From the NCBI RefSeq assembly GCF_009834535.1, contig NC_045696.1:66962001-67026000 (forward strand): DNA of 64,000 nucleotides, written 5' to 3'. The notes below the pieces were generated by a model. It was not told where the DNA came from. It saw only the letters and a program-made list of their open reading frames with translations, and did no database searches. Position 1 is the first letter of the stretch, and each line of letters opens with the position of its first letter. This DNA is from Camelus ferus (taxonomy: Eukaryota). Made by a program: the position numbers and the translations under genes. This document shows, piece after piece, positions 26,660 through 39,590 of the stretch.

Positions 26660-26790
26660 GAATAGAAGTTGTAGACTTGGAATTTTGAGTCCTAGTTTTT
26701 GACCCTAGTTTTCCTATTTAATTTTACTGTATGACTGTGGGCAAGTCATTTAACTTCAATGAGCCTCAATGACTTCATCTGTGAAACAGG
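26660..26790 (+). mobile_element. MIR fragment
   Basis: TGTGGGCAAGTCATTTAACTTCAATGAGCCTCA core. Confidence 0.75.
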
Positions 26791-27854
26791 AGCAGATGGC
26801 AGGCTAGGGAAAGGGGAGAGATTTGATATTACATTTCTCTGAGTGCTTCTAGGCCTATCCTTCAGTGAGATAGAAATCTGACATAAGTGTTTAAGTACTC
26901 ATATCTTTGTCTATGGAAATATCTAGATTATTTGGACATAAGTATCAAAAGAGGCAGGTAAGAGAGGCAGAGACAATGTCAACAATGGTAGAAGCTCCAG
27001 GGAAGCTCCCTCCTTTGTTGGTGAAGTTGGGTGTTTGTGGAAATCGGGGAACAGCATGCCTGGAGGCAACAAGATGACAAGTGTTAATGTGAATCTTTTG
27101 TTTTGAGGACTTCCTGCTTCACTCTTCTGATACTCTGAATCTGGCATTAAAATCCACAGAAAGGCACAAGTCATTACCAAAAATGACTCTCTCTCCTTTT
27201 TTTTTTTTTTTTAAATGAACATCACATAGAAGCAACAACAGAAAATAAAATGTGTCCTGGTTTCTGGTTTCAAATACAAACAGCAAAAAACTGAGCACTC
27301 TTGGATATAACGTCCTCATGAGCATAAAGTACTTTGCTGAGAAAATTGCCAAGGACTCACCTTTTGTGACCTGTGCACACCTCCCTGAGCCATCAAGAAG
27401 CAGGGGTAGGAGTACAGAGCCCACTAGAGAATTTTCAGCACTGGGCCATCTTAGTCATAAAACCAATAAAACACCCAGAAGTCACCTTTCTGGTATAGAT
27501 GACACATGTTGTCAGATGTCCTTGAGGCAGAAGGGTGTGGCAGAACAGTCTGCTTCTCCACTTTTTTTCCCTCCTCCCTCATCCCAAATCATATTCTTCA
27601 TGACAAATCAGCACATTCTGGTGTGGTGCAGAGAGAAATGGAAGTCAGCGCCCCGTGTTTGGGTACCCTACTGCCATAGACTGCCTGATTTACTGTGTGA
27701 ATAGCCTGAAAATGATTTAAATAATAGCACGATTAACTACACAGGCATTTTAATCAGCTACCAGTCAACATGTGTGGTCAAAAGACGACCTATTTGCTTC
27801 ATGACCTTGAGGAGTTTACTTCTCCTCTCAGGGTCTCAAAGGGATTGAACCAGC

Positions 27855-28035
27855 TCTGTGGTCCTGCATATTGGTCATGCATTAAAATCCCCCAGGGACC
27901 TTTGAAAACTATTGTTGCTCAAGCCCTGCCCCCAGACAGCCAGCCAGTCAGAGTCTCTGCTGGTGAGTTAGGGACTTTAGTATTTTTGAAAGCTCCCCAA
28001 GGGATTGTGATGTGCGACCACGACTGAGAAGCACA
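27855..28035. mobile_element. MER5-family hAT MITE
   Basis: TATTTTTGAAAGCTCCCCAAGGGATTGTGATGTGC...CTGAGAAGCAC. Confidence 0.65.
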
Positions 28036-28379
28036 GGTTTCTTCTGGAAGTGAGCAGAGGAGGGCATCAGTGACAGGCAGGAATTGACCTTGGAATTCAG
28101 CTTTGACCTCTAATAGCAAAGGGATGAATATTTGGAAGGGGATGTGCCTATGTTGGGTCCCCCCAGGGAGGCCACGTCCCACAGTCTTGCCACTGAGCAG
28201 AGAGCAAACTGAAAACCCCTCAAACTAAATCAAGTCTCAAAAAAAAAAAAAAAATCACTCAGCTGCTTTGAGGAAAACCGAAGTCACTGCTTCCCATGAT
28301 AATATTTAGACCCTGAATATTACTTTTGAGTGAGGCTGCTTGAGAAATAATATGCCACCCAGCAAAATAGCACCCCAAA

Positions 28380-28669
28380 AGTGCTGTTGCCTCATCCTGG
28401 CAACAAAAGCAGTGTTTCCCCTTAGGCCTGTCTTCGTAGGCTGGCGTTGCCATGGGAAGTAAGGCTTTATTGGGATGCCAGAACAAACAGGCTCTGAAAC
28501 CACCCCAGCGTAACTCAGAGGGCTGCCTATAAATCAAAGAGAGCCCTAGGGTCAAAGCCACTCACACACACACACACACACACTCTCGCACATAAACATA
28601 CTCCCAGAAAAATATTACAAAGGAGAAGGTGTGTCAGGGAAATCCAACTAAAAATTACTGCATGTAAGT
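28380..28669 (+). promoter_or_regulatory. Candidate TATA promoter and short non-coding first exon
   Basis: X-box-like GTTGCCATGGGAAG at 28446-28459, inverted RFX half-sites at 28386-28404, TATAAAT at 28528-28534, Inr-like CCACT about 30 bp downstream, and donor CAT|GTAAGT at 28664. Motif evidence only. Confidence 0.35.
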
Positions 28670-30429
28670 AATAATAACCGAAATTTATGTGTCCCTTTCA
28701 TCCACAGTTCTTAAAAGACCTGGAATGTGCTAAGATTACTTGCCTTTTGAAAGTTTTCCAATATTCCAAGGGATAAAAAAGGAGGGATTCTGCATATACA
28801 ATCAGTTAAGCAAGGGGGTCCCCAATTCCATTCTTCAGGTTTCGGGCATAGTTACCGTGAAAGTAAGCCACGTCTCTCCTTCCCATTGGCAGAGTCAGTT
28901 GTACACTTATCCCAGAGTATCATTATCTATCCACTCTATTTCTCTAGCCCCGAGCTCTGCCATCAGTCCCCACTCTTGCCATGTGGTTGACTTAGGTCTA
29001 GTTCGATATCTGGAGCATTTCCTCAAGGGACACTCATTGCACTTACTACTGTGACAGCATGCCCGCATGTTAATGACTCGCTGTCTGGATCACCCTGACA
29101 CACAGTCACCACCATAACTGGACTCCCTGTCGGAGTCTTTGTGCCTGATGTTCTTTTGCTGTTGTTGTTGTTTGGTTAGCATGACAGCCTCCCTAGGACT
29201 CTGACTTTTGTCATCTCCTAAATTCAACAGCTTCTAGACGATGTGGAGAGCATATAGAGCTAGTGACCATAGAGGGAGGAAGTGAATGGATGGGAAGCAA
29301 ATGTGGACTCAATCCTGAGTCAAATTGCAGACTCTTGCAAATGTTATTCTCATTGTGCTCAGCTTTTGATTAAATATTAGTCAGTGTGGAGCTTAACAAG
29401 AATGGAAACTCTTAGGACCAGTGCACTTTTGTTTCCTTAACTCTTCACTTCCTTCTGATATCACCCATGTCTGGACCTGTGTCCCCTTTCCCTGACTCAA
29501 CTTCTCCAACTCAAGCAGAGAGAGAGCTCTGCTGTCGTGGAAAACCGCCTGCACTGAGTTTCCGAGTGGCTTCAGATGTCTCTACCCATTGGCAGAGAAA
29601 CCTCGGGCAAGTCACTTTTCCTCCCTGAGCTTTACATGTACTCCTGCTGTTTTTATGTGCATCAAATGAGTTGTGGAAGCTGCAAAGCACTGCAGATACA
29701 CAGGCTGTTTTCTCCTCTCTTCCTAATGTTATGAGACCAGAGTGGGAACACATACAAAATCTTCTTTAGTCCTTGCTCAGAAAAAAATTAGAGCAATTTA
29801 GGAAGCCCTTTAATGGCCAGCTCTGCTCAGGTCTGTCTTGAGTGCAGTCACCAAGCCACAGTTTTACAATTACTCACCTAATGCAAAGGCTTGGTACCTG
29901 CATTTATTTCTCTAATATGCATTTTTTTCCCAGATCTTTGACCCAGCACTTTAGCTAAAACTAAACTTCAAAGAAATCCTGAACTAGTGGGAGAACTTCA
30001 AAGTCTTCCTGTAGGGTCAATTAGCACCTATAAAATTTATCTCTGTTGTCACTAATGGCTATTAAACTAAAGTGAGGGGTAATGAGGCCTGATCACCGTC
30101 GCCTCCTGGGACTGTTTTTATTTAAGTGGAAAATAACTTTGAACGCTTTGCATTGAATATCCCTTGTGTGATTGGTTTAAGATTCATTAACTATTGTAGA
30201 TTTGAGGGTTTTTTTTTTTAATGGTTGTTTCAGATAAGGAGGTTTGCTGCATACCTGGTGACATGCATAGTTAGGTGCCTGCCTGGCCATTAAAATAAGC
30301 TGGCAAGGCTGAGTAATGAAATGAGAACCAACTTCCCAGATGTACGTAAGCGCTGAAAACTTGCCAAGATCCCGTAGGCACGTCAGCATCAGGCAGAACA
30401 GCACACTGTCCGGACCGTGAAGCAAGACT

Positions 30430-30610
30430 GAGGTCCAGTCCCACTCCCTGACATTTTGCAGTCTCTTGATCTTGGGCAAGTTAATTAGCCCATCTGTGCC
30501 TTTGTTTCTCCACTTGTTAGACAAGACTAATAAAAATACTAACCTCCAGGAGCTGAAGTGAGTGAAAATGATGAATGCAAACTACTCAGGGGTCACCAAC
30601 ATTTGGTGAC
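30430..30610 (+). mobile_element. MIR fragment
   Basis: TGATCTTGGGCAAGTTAATTAGCCCATCTGTGCCTTTGTTTCTCC core. Confidence 0.75.
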
Positions 30611-31120
30611 GATGTGAATGGATTTCTTATTAAGAAAAACGAATGATATCTAAAGCCAACAGTGAATTTTTTTAAAGTTTGAATTGCTGTTATGTTTAAA
30701 AGCTCTTTAATGTGAATATCTCCCTCAAATGATCGTGTAATTATAGGTATATATTTCTATATGAGGTAGATAAAGTGATTCATTATGCAAATTTTTGCTT
30801 TGTGTCCTATTTCTATCTTCTGATGAAATTAGCACATTCTAAATTGGTTTTGGAAAAAACAACAAATATAAAGAAACAGAAAAAAACTTCACCTATGTAC
30901 AATTACCCAGAGACATCTGTTATTTTGTCACATTCTCATTTAAACAATTGCTATCATCAGAAATACTACTGAAATAAAAATAAAAACAAGTGTTTTTGGA
31001 TTATGTAGGTATTTGGGGTATATATGAAATTTCTGATAAATACCAGAAAATTATTGGTTATTTTGCTCATAAATATTTACTTTTTTATTATCATCTCCAC
31101 TTTCTTCTGATTCTTCTAAA

Positions 31121-31290
31121 GCAGGGTTCTCGGCCCTGACTGCACCTTAGGATCGTTTGGGTGCTTCCGGACAGACTGAAGGCCAGGCTTGACCTGTGGT
31201 CAGTTACGGGGGGGCTGGGGCAGGAGTGGGCATTTGCGTTTTTGAAATCTCTCCAGAATTCTAATTTACAGCCTAGATTGAGAAGCACCG
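31121..31290. mobile_element. MER5-family hAT MITE
   Basis: TIR-like ends CAGGGTTCTC ... GAGAAGCACCG and the typical AATTCTAATTTACAGCC motif. Confidence 0.75.
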
Positions 31291-32399
31291 ATTCAGAGGG
31301 CCTGGATTCTTCCCTGGGCTCCCAAAGGAGACCTGTCCTTCCCATCTGACAACAGTGGTGACAAACCTTCCTTCAGAGCCGCTGTCCTGCCCAAACCAGC
31401 GTCTCCTTAGCATCATAACTTCTGGAAAAGCCACGACGACTGTGGTCTTCGGCCCCTTTGCTGGCCTCCAGTTTTACCCTTCCTGATTTCCCCTCCCATT
31501 GTCTTTGAAAAGTCAGAGATTATCACCAATCCATATAGTCCATGACTTATAAAAACAAAATACAGTCTTCAACATTTTTTCTCCCTTTGCAGCATTTTCC
31601 TATCAAGTTCTCTGCCCCCTAACTCTCACTCCTCATTTTATGCCTTTTTTAATGCCACCCTCTCCTGATTTACTAGGCAAATTGATGTCATGAGAAAAAA
31701 AAAAAAAAGTGTTCTGGAGGAAGATGGCAGTGAGTTTGGATCTCCCTTCCACCTGGCACGTGATGGAGGACTGAATGTGTAACACAGTGTGAACCCCGGG
31801 GCCCTGCTGGCACATCTTAGGAGGCACTTTTGTTCACTCTCCATTTTCCTCTTCTACCTCTCGTTCTGCTCTTTCCTAGAGAAGATGGATACTTTTATTC
31901 ACCAGAGTACCATGGGGATGTTTCCTGGAGAGAAATCCCTGCTCCAGTCGGGGAAGCTGACTTCACTTTGCTCACTCTTGTGGTGAGGATGAGCCCCATC
32001 ACAAAAAAGGAAGGAGAAAAAGAAGGAAGGGAGCAAGAGTTGGAAATTTTCTGAAAATTTCCATGTGTGACAGGCTCTGGAAATTCCTCTCCGACCTATT
32101 CAAGAGAACGTACTTTAAAAATATACTATTTTTTTTTTAAGATTTCTCTAGTTGGACTTTTTGTTCCTTTGTTTTGGGGTTTGGGGGCATGTGTTGGTGG
32201 GCAGAAGCAGTCCTCAGGGCAGCCAAACTCTATTCCTCTTCTCCCCAAAATAGATCTACCCCATGTGTAGTAATCAAAAGACTTCCTACGTACTGAGGGC
32301 TTACTATACGCTGTTCTAGATTGGTGAACCTCAAAATTGCACTCTAAGGGAGGATCTATTCTCCAGCAAAAGAAAACCACTTGTCATTTCCCCTCCAAA

Positions 32400-32700
32400 G
32401 TCCTTGCTGATGCTTCTTTTGGAAAGACCTCCCATTCGTCATGTCTCCAACACTGAAAGCCAGAAGTATTTCAAATCTCAGTGGTAGTGTATGTTTCTCT
32501 TCTGAATGCTCATAACCCTTGACATATAACTCTCTTCTGATCCAATTTCTTTCTTGACTTCCATTTCATGTCCAGTGTCTCATGTCCAATAATGTTTATA
32601 ACTTCTATTAGACTGTAAACCTCATGATGGTAAGGCTTAGCATGGTCCCTGGCACATAGCAGTCATTCAATGAACATTTTAAAATTCATGAATGAATTTA
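32400..32700 (+). mobile_element. L2 3' end
   Basis: TTAGACTGTAAACCTCATGA...CTGGCACATAGCAG...ATGAATGAAT. Confidence 0.7.
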
Positions 32701-33369
32701 TTCCCAGGAGTCCGCAGTTGTCTTTCTCTTGTTCCCTCTTTCTCTCTTTCTCTATGATGAAGATTATAGGTATATGGATGAGGTGCAGCTGCAGACAGTA
32801 GCATTTCTCCTGATAATAATGTTTATTATTACTATGATTCTGAATTCCTATTATTTATATTGAAAAACAGTTTTATGTATATTTCTTGGAAGTTATGAAA
32901 ACAAAACATTTTTCTTAACTTTAGTTAAGCCATGTTGAAAAAAAAAAGGACTTGATCAAGGAATCATGAGAGAAAAGCTCCTAATAATGCCTAAAGGATT
33001 GTCTGTTACCGTTGTATATATAAATTAAGAATGAATATGCAAAACCACAGCAACTTGGGATTTATTTAGTGAAAATGAAGTTCCGACTTCCATCTCTTTT
33101 AGAATTTAGTATTGTTGAGATACATAACTGGAAACAAGAGATTTCATAGTTAATAATCATATTCAGTAATGGTTCTTAATACTGACAGAGTTATTTATAC
33201 AGACAAACCCTTTTGTACTTGTGGATTAATATCTCCAATAAGGATGGAGGAAGCGAGAACATAGAGAGGCTGGGTTTCCTGAGCTTATCCAGCATCTGAG
33301 CGTTAATATTGAAATAAGAAACCAGCACAGGTACACTTGAAAGGATATACACTCATGAGCTTTTTTTTT

Positions 33370-33880
33370 AAATTAATAATAGAGTTGAAAAAAATTATTT
33401 CATTGAAGAAATATTGAACAAGAAAGAAAAGCAAGAAGAAAAAGTCACCATTAAACTATTACTCTGTGATTAAAACTTTTTAAAAATGTGGGTACATTTC
33501 CTTCTCTTTTTTCCTATACATATAAATTCTATTCATACACTCACTAATCATTTGTTTAAAACATCTGAATTATTACAAATATACACAGTTTTATATTGTG
33601 CCATTGTAATTTTTTAGCATGTATTTTTCCATATCAGGATGTAGCATTTGAAAGCATGATCTTGGCATCTATCACGTGAGAACGTTTGGCTGTACCATAA
33701 AATTATTTATCCCGTTTCCCCACTCTTGATCATTTAGGTTGTTCCAGTTTACTTTTTAAATTTTTGTCATAAATGATATTTTAGTAAATATCTGTGTACG
33801 TAGACTTGTGGGCACATCTCTGCTTAGTTTCTAAAGTTCTAATTCTAGGTGTGAAATAACTGTTTTTTTTTTTTTTTCCA
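33370..33880 (-). mobile_element. Old L1ME 3' end
   Basis: CATTTAGGTTGTTCCAGTTT and TTTCTAAAGTTCTAATTCTAGGTGTGAAAT motifs. Confidence 0.7.
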
Positions 33881-34129
33881 GTTTTGTAATCCTACAAAAC
33901 TCAGAAAAGATACTGTTACAAGTTACTTTTAGTATTGCGATTCTTCGCAGGGACTGAGGTTTCGAGCAAGACATAATGGAAAGTCGTGACTGGGGCCCCA
34001 GAGAACTGGATTCCAATCCTAGATCTACGCCCAGCCCACAGGAGGCCACCGGACTTCCTGCTTTACTACCTCCCCCAGGTGAAGGGTGGGACTCTACTTC
34101 TGTCCTCATTTTAGGATCAATTTTAGCAG

Positions 34130-34312
34130 AGATTTTTGAACTTTTGTGTATTTCAGAATCATCTGGAGTGGCTTGTTAAACAGAAATTGCTAGGCCCTAC
34201 CCCAGGAGTGCCACGTTCTGAAAGCCTGGCTAGGGTCTAAGAATTTGCATTTTCTAACAATGCCCAGACGTTGCTGATCTCCTGGCCTGGGGATCACACT
34301 TTTGAAAAACAA
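34130..34312. mobile_element. MER5A hAT MITE
   Basis: TCAGAATCATCTGGAGTGGCTTGTTAAA...AAGAATTTGCATTTCTAACAA...CACACTTTTGA. Confidence 0.85.
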
Positions 34313-35569
34313 TGAAATTGAAGTGTCTGTGTAGAAGACGGACCAGGATGGTGGGAATGCAAGGGAAATGTCTTCACTTATTGAAAGCAACATACAAGGT
34401 GTAAGAATCAAAGCAGAATCTTTACCTGGAAAGGAACAGAGATAAGGATCACCTGATATGCTCACCATTAGTCCAGCCACATGCCCTTGGGGATGCCTGC
34501 TGACTCCTTCCCTCAAAATGCCACATCTCAGAGATGAGATATGTTCTTGTTAATATTCCAGGCCAAATGTCATTCCATATCCCGTCTCCTGGCTCCCTGG
34601 TAAATAGCTGAGATAAGAAAGAATTGTTCAAAATTACTTTACTAGTACTAAAGACCAATTGGAAGAGAACAAAGGACAAGAAGCAGAAGAAAATCTACCT
34701 TACATTGTATGGATATCTGACGATTCTATTAGTTAATGGGCTTTGAAAAATTGTAGCCCTGAGCCACCGCACACCCAGTCTCCCAACACAGCTGTGTTGC
34801 AGCTATAGAGTCCTTGCTTTCCAGAGCCCCATCCAACCCCGTATGGCTGGAAACATGCCCCTTTTCATCTAGTACATGGGGCTTCTGGTCACTCTGTGAC
34901 TAATGCCAGTTAAGGCCAGTCCACTTGATTTAGCTTGAGGGACATTCTTTCTCTAGCAACTAGCAGCCTAAAGCCACACATCCAGATCCTTCTCACTGCA
35001 TATGGATAGGCAAAGCAGCCTAGGAGTTTAATCACAGCATAATCCTAGCCTGTGTGTTAACAGGAATTGCACACTTACGGTAATTAGGATGTGGGGGAGG
35101 GGTAATGGCTGTTTTGTGACTAAGCCAGCATAAAGTTGTGCACAATTAGACTGATTAAAGGAAACTGAAACGTTTGGTCAGTCTTTGTACACTCAGTGGG
35201 TTTTAATTAGGGTCTTTGAGTCATCATGTGCGACCACAAAGGATGAATCTAGGACGGATGCATGAAATAACACCTGTTGCGCACTTATTGTCTACTGCGA
35301 TTGACTCCAGCGTGGACTTTCTGAGAGATAGTTGTGTCAAAATGGAGTAGGCTGCCTTAAAAGGTAATGGGTTGCCTGTGACTGGGTGCATTCAAGCCAG
35401 ATTCCCATGCAAGTTTTACTTCTTCCAACAAGTCTTCTGGTTCCTCCCATTCCCTGGATCCTGGATTTCCTGTTACTTGTTCTTCTGCTTCTACTCTTGC
35501 CACTTAAAATCCATTGCAGTTAGAGCAGTAACTCAAAAAATGGAAATACATCCTACTGCAAATTAAAAC

Positions 35570-36090
35570 AGTGATTTTTCAAGTATGCTTAGAATAAGAA
35601 CCAAACTCCTTAACAGGCTCTACGTGGCCTGTCTTATGTCCACCTCTCCAAGTTCATTCCTTCACTCTCCTCCATGTTCACCACACCCCTAACCTTAGAC
35701 TTTCTTTCTGTTCTCTGAACTGGCCATGCTCATGCCTTCCCCAGCCCCTTTGCACCTGCCATGTCTTCTGTCAGTGATGTTCTCCTCTCAGAAAAAAATG
35801 TTAGCTCCATTTCACCATCCAGATCACCAGTAAAATGTTCCCTTTTCAGAGAAACTCATCCCAAACACCCTCTATAAATACAGAAGTCCCTACTTATAAC
35901 CAGCACTTTTAAATCCATCTTCCCATTGTATATGCCTCATGGCCCCATTACAACTTTATATTGCTTATTTTGGGTTACTTGTTATTGTCTTTTTTACCCC
36001 CACCAGAATGTCTGTTCCATGACGGGAGTAGCCTTGTCTCTTTCTTACACAATTGTATCCCTAGCACCTAGAGTAGTGCCTGGGTGGAAA
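35570..36090 (+). mobile_element. L2 3' region
   Basis: TTAGAATAAGAACCAAACTCCTTAAC, CCTTTGCACCTGCC and TTGTATCCCTAGCACCTAGAGTAGTGCCTGG motifs. Confidence 0.8.
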
Positions 36091-37883
36091 AAAGGAAGGA
36101 AAAAAAAAAAAAAGAAGAAGGAAGGAAGGAATAAAAGGAAGAAGGGAAGGGAGGGAGATGCAAAGGGGAGTTAAAGGTTTTAAATCACTTGCTTTGCTCA
36201 TTTTATTAGCTAGTGTACGTTTTACCATGTGGTATACATTTTAAGTTTTAAAGATTTTGTGTGGATGTTAAAGATCAATAAACTGACACATAATCGAATC
36301 CAGGTCGTTTCTCTTCCAACTGAATTGCCTTCTTCAACCATTGTTTTAGAGATGGAGAAATTGAAAGCCTGCGCGGTTGACTTGCCCAAGGTCATGTGGC
36401 AGAGCTGAGACAAGTTCTTTCCACTGCATCACCCTGGAATTTCTTAAACACTCCAACCAGACTTACACCTTTTCTCTAAAGAAAGCAAGAGAGAGTTCAG
36501 AGCCCTTATTTTTAAACCTGCATTAAATGGAAACCTTTGGAAGAGCAGCTGGTGGTAATGCTATGAATCTGGCTCAGCAAGGGAACACTGAGGTCATGAT
36601 ATTTTTCACATTTAGTAACTTCAAAAATATAGGGATGATGTAAACTTCCTAAGACTTGTTTCCAACCTAGTGATACTGGTAACTCTGGGCAGGAGGGTGT
36701 ATCATTGGTCAGAGCAGGGACCCATGTGGCCAATGAGCTCTCTCTAGTCAAGAAAGATGCTCTGGTAATGCTTTCAGATGGCTGTCTTGGATTCACATCC
36801 TGCTTACAGTAACACTAGCAAGCCTGCTTAAATTTCCTATTAGATACACGACAAAAATATCCTGTGATGTTAAGAAGTCGCTAAGACCAAATAGTACCTA
36901 CTTCATAGAGTTGAAAGATTTAATGAGTGAACACATTTAATGTGCTTTGCACATACTATGGCACTTAGCAAGTGCTCACTAAATGTAACTTTTTAAAATA
37001 AAAAGCAGGTTTAAATAAGGGTGGATTTGAATGTTTGATTTTCTGAGTGAAATTGGCTACTCATCACTCAGCCTATCCTGAACTCTGCTTAAAGTAACCC
37101 ACCCTCAGTGGAAGAATGGCACAATTATAAGTCAGACTTGAAAGGGACACTCATAGTGATCACCTGGTTACAAATCAACAAAGAAAAAACACCACCACCA
37201 CCACCAGACAGAGAGACTTAACCCAGGGCAGTGACAGAAGGGGAATTAGAACCCAGCTCTCTTCTTCCCCAAGTTCATAGCTTTCTTCCCTGCCCCAGAC
37301 AGCAATGTTTATTGCACTTTGCATTTGGTCCACTTTCAAAACTTTCTTCAACATTAAACACTCTTATCTCGCTGAGGATACAACAGACAGCTCCAACTTT
37401 AAACTGGAGACCCCTGGTAGATTAGTGTTAATTCTACCTATTCTTCTGGAAGATCTTAGGACCACAACATAGCATTCACCACATAGGGGATCACAAGTAG
37501 TAGGTCACATCTAAGGACACTTCCAGATCTAAAATTTGGTGATTCCATATTCATAATGATTCCAACCCAGTTATTCTGGAATGGTTCCCAAATATACTGT
37601 GTAAGAAATACATAAAATAGCTAATATCTAAAATGCTTGTTTAGATGGCCCTTAAAAAGATAAGTCTCAATAATTTAGAATTATGTTCTATACGGTATTT
37701 TGTTCCCAAGCAGAAAGGATAAATGATGAGTTACTGTAAAGGACAGAGAATTTTAACTTCAAATGTGTTTTAATAATAGTTGTGTTGCCAATATACCTCA
37801 AATTTGGGGGAATTAATATTTTCTATTCATGGAGAATAATTCTTGAGCTAATTCTAACTGGAACCTGTAGTTCATCATTTTGT

Positions 37884-37908
37884 AAAAAAAAAAAAAAAAA
37901 AAAAAAAA
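37884..37908. repeat. Poly(A) tract
   Basis: About 25 consecutive A. Confidence 0.95.
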
Positions 37909-38229
37909 GTCCCCATGAATTTGTAATCAAAACTAAAAATTCTAAAAGCCATTTTGCCTGACTTGACTCAGCAATGTGCCCCTGTAGGTTTGCATTATTT
38001 CATAAATAAACTAACTTTTACTATTAATTTACATATAAACTACAGGATGTTTTAGCTCCATTTGATTGACCTTCAACAGGCATTTCAGCCTCAAAAAGAA
38101 AGCTAAACAACTTACTTCTCTGGGTAGTTGGAGGTGGAATAAATTAATTCTCACTCCTGAACTGTTAGAGATGTCTGCCTGCATTCTCAGCAGTTTACCA
38201 TATCAAGGAAGTAAAAAGAAAAGTCTGAA

Positions 38230-38385
38230 GGGCCAAGAATGAAAAACCTGAGTTTGAGTTTTGGCTCTGGTGCTTTGGATGCTCTGATACTCAGATAGGT
38301 CAGTTCTTATTTCTGAGTTCAGTTTCTTGAGCTGTAAAATGAGAGGGGAATTTACTAGATGATTCAACTTCATCTTCCAAGAAGC
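38230..38385 (+). mobile_element. MIR/MIR3 fragment
   Basis: AACCTGAGTTTGAGTTTTGGCTCTG...TCTGAGTTCAGTTTCTTGAGCTGTAAAATGAG. Confidence 0.7.
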
Positions 38386-38719
38386 CAAGGATGGGTCAAT
38401 AAACACCAAAAGGTTTAGGAGATGGTGCAGTTGAATTCCGTCTACCCTCCCACGTGCTTAGGAATGATTTAGCAGTGGAAAATAACCACGTTCCTCTCAG
38501 TGTGGCTTTAGCTTCTTCCAATTCCAAGCAGCTGGACAAGTAAGTAGATATATTGGTGCTACTGTAGAAAATTAAAAGTTGCCCGTGTTTCCTAGAGTTT
38601 CACTGAGAGATAATTTGGGATTTTTCACTTCCACGTTCAGTAGTCTCTAAACCTTGTCAATTCGGTCTCTGCATGTGCATTACAGTTTTTTGTGGATCCT
38701 TTCCTTCCTTATAGCCCTT

Positions 38720-39590
38720 GGCCAGTGCAGAGTTTAAATCTCAGCCTCTCTGACCCGGATCACTTCAATAGCCTTCCAGACTAAGCCTGGCTTCTGTCTC
38801 TCTCAATCAATTCTCCTCCCTGCCTCAGCTTGATCTCTGTAGAACAAAAATCTGACCTTGGCCAAGACCTGCTTCAAAAGGAGATGGCTGCTGATTGCCT
38901 TCAGAATGAGATCTAAACTACTCAGCTTTACTTTCACATGATTTCGTCCCAACCAGTGTTTCCAGCCTCAGCCCCATCTCCAGTCTCATCCAGACGCCCT
39001 GTACTCTACTCAAGGAAACATGTCCCTCTGGAGTAACATCAGACTACATTTACTGAATATTAGCTCAGTTTTCAAGAGAGGTTGGGTAACTTGCTTAAGG
39101 ATCCTCAGTTACCAGAGGAGTGAGCAGGGCTCAGACACAAGTCTGTATCTCCCTGTTCTTCCTGCTTGCCCATGCTGCCTTCCTAAAGAAACCTTGCACT
39201 TTGATTTCTTCATACTCTTTCTTCATTCTGGAATCTTCTTTCCATTTCTACTTGTTCAAATCAGCCCATTTCTTAGGCCCATCTAAAATGGCACATTCTC
39301 TGTGAATATTTTTTTTCATGTCTCTAATGGAATAAATATTCTCTCCTCTGTGCTCCAGTTTCTGGAACGTTATACCACTCATGATAAATTTTGCCCATAG
39401 ACCCACATAACATTAGGAGTTATAGTGGAGACATCGGTGGGCCTGCCTTAGACGCCTAGGAAAATGTTAGCTCTGGAGGGCAAGGGCCATCCATGTTAAG
39501 TCCACCCTGGCATTTATTATGATGCCTGAAACTCAGTAGGCAATCATTAAAGGTCTTCTGGAATAGGTAAATACATACATAAATGAATTA
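38720..39590 (+). mobile_element. L2 fragment with a nested MIR piece (~39060-39150)
   Basis: TTCAATAGCCTTCC, GAACAAAAATCTGACC and ATGCCTGAAACTCAGTAGGCAATCA motifs. Confidence 0.6.

Noticed and set aside
27252..27704. Longest ORF in the window (150 aa)
   Set aside because: Non-ATG start, no recognisable domain, no convincing splice context, and a length compatible with chance.
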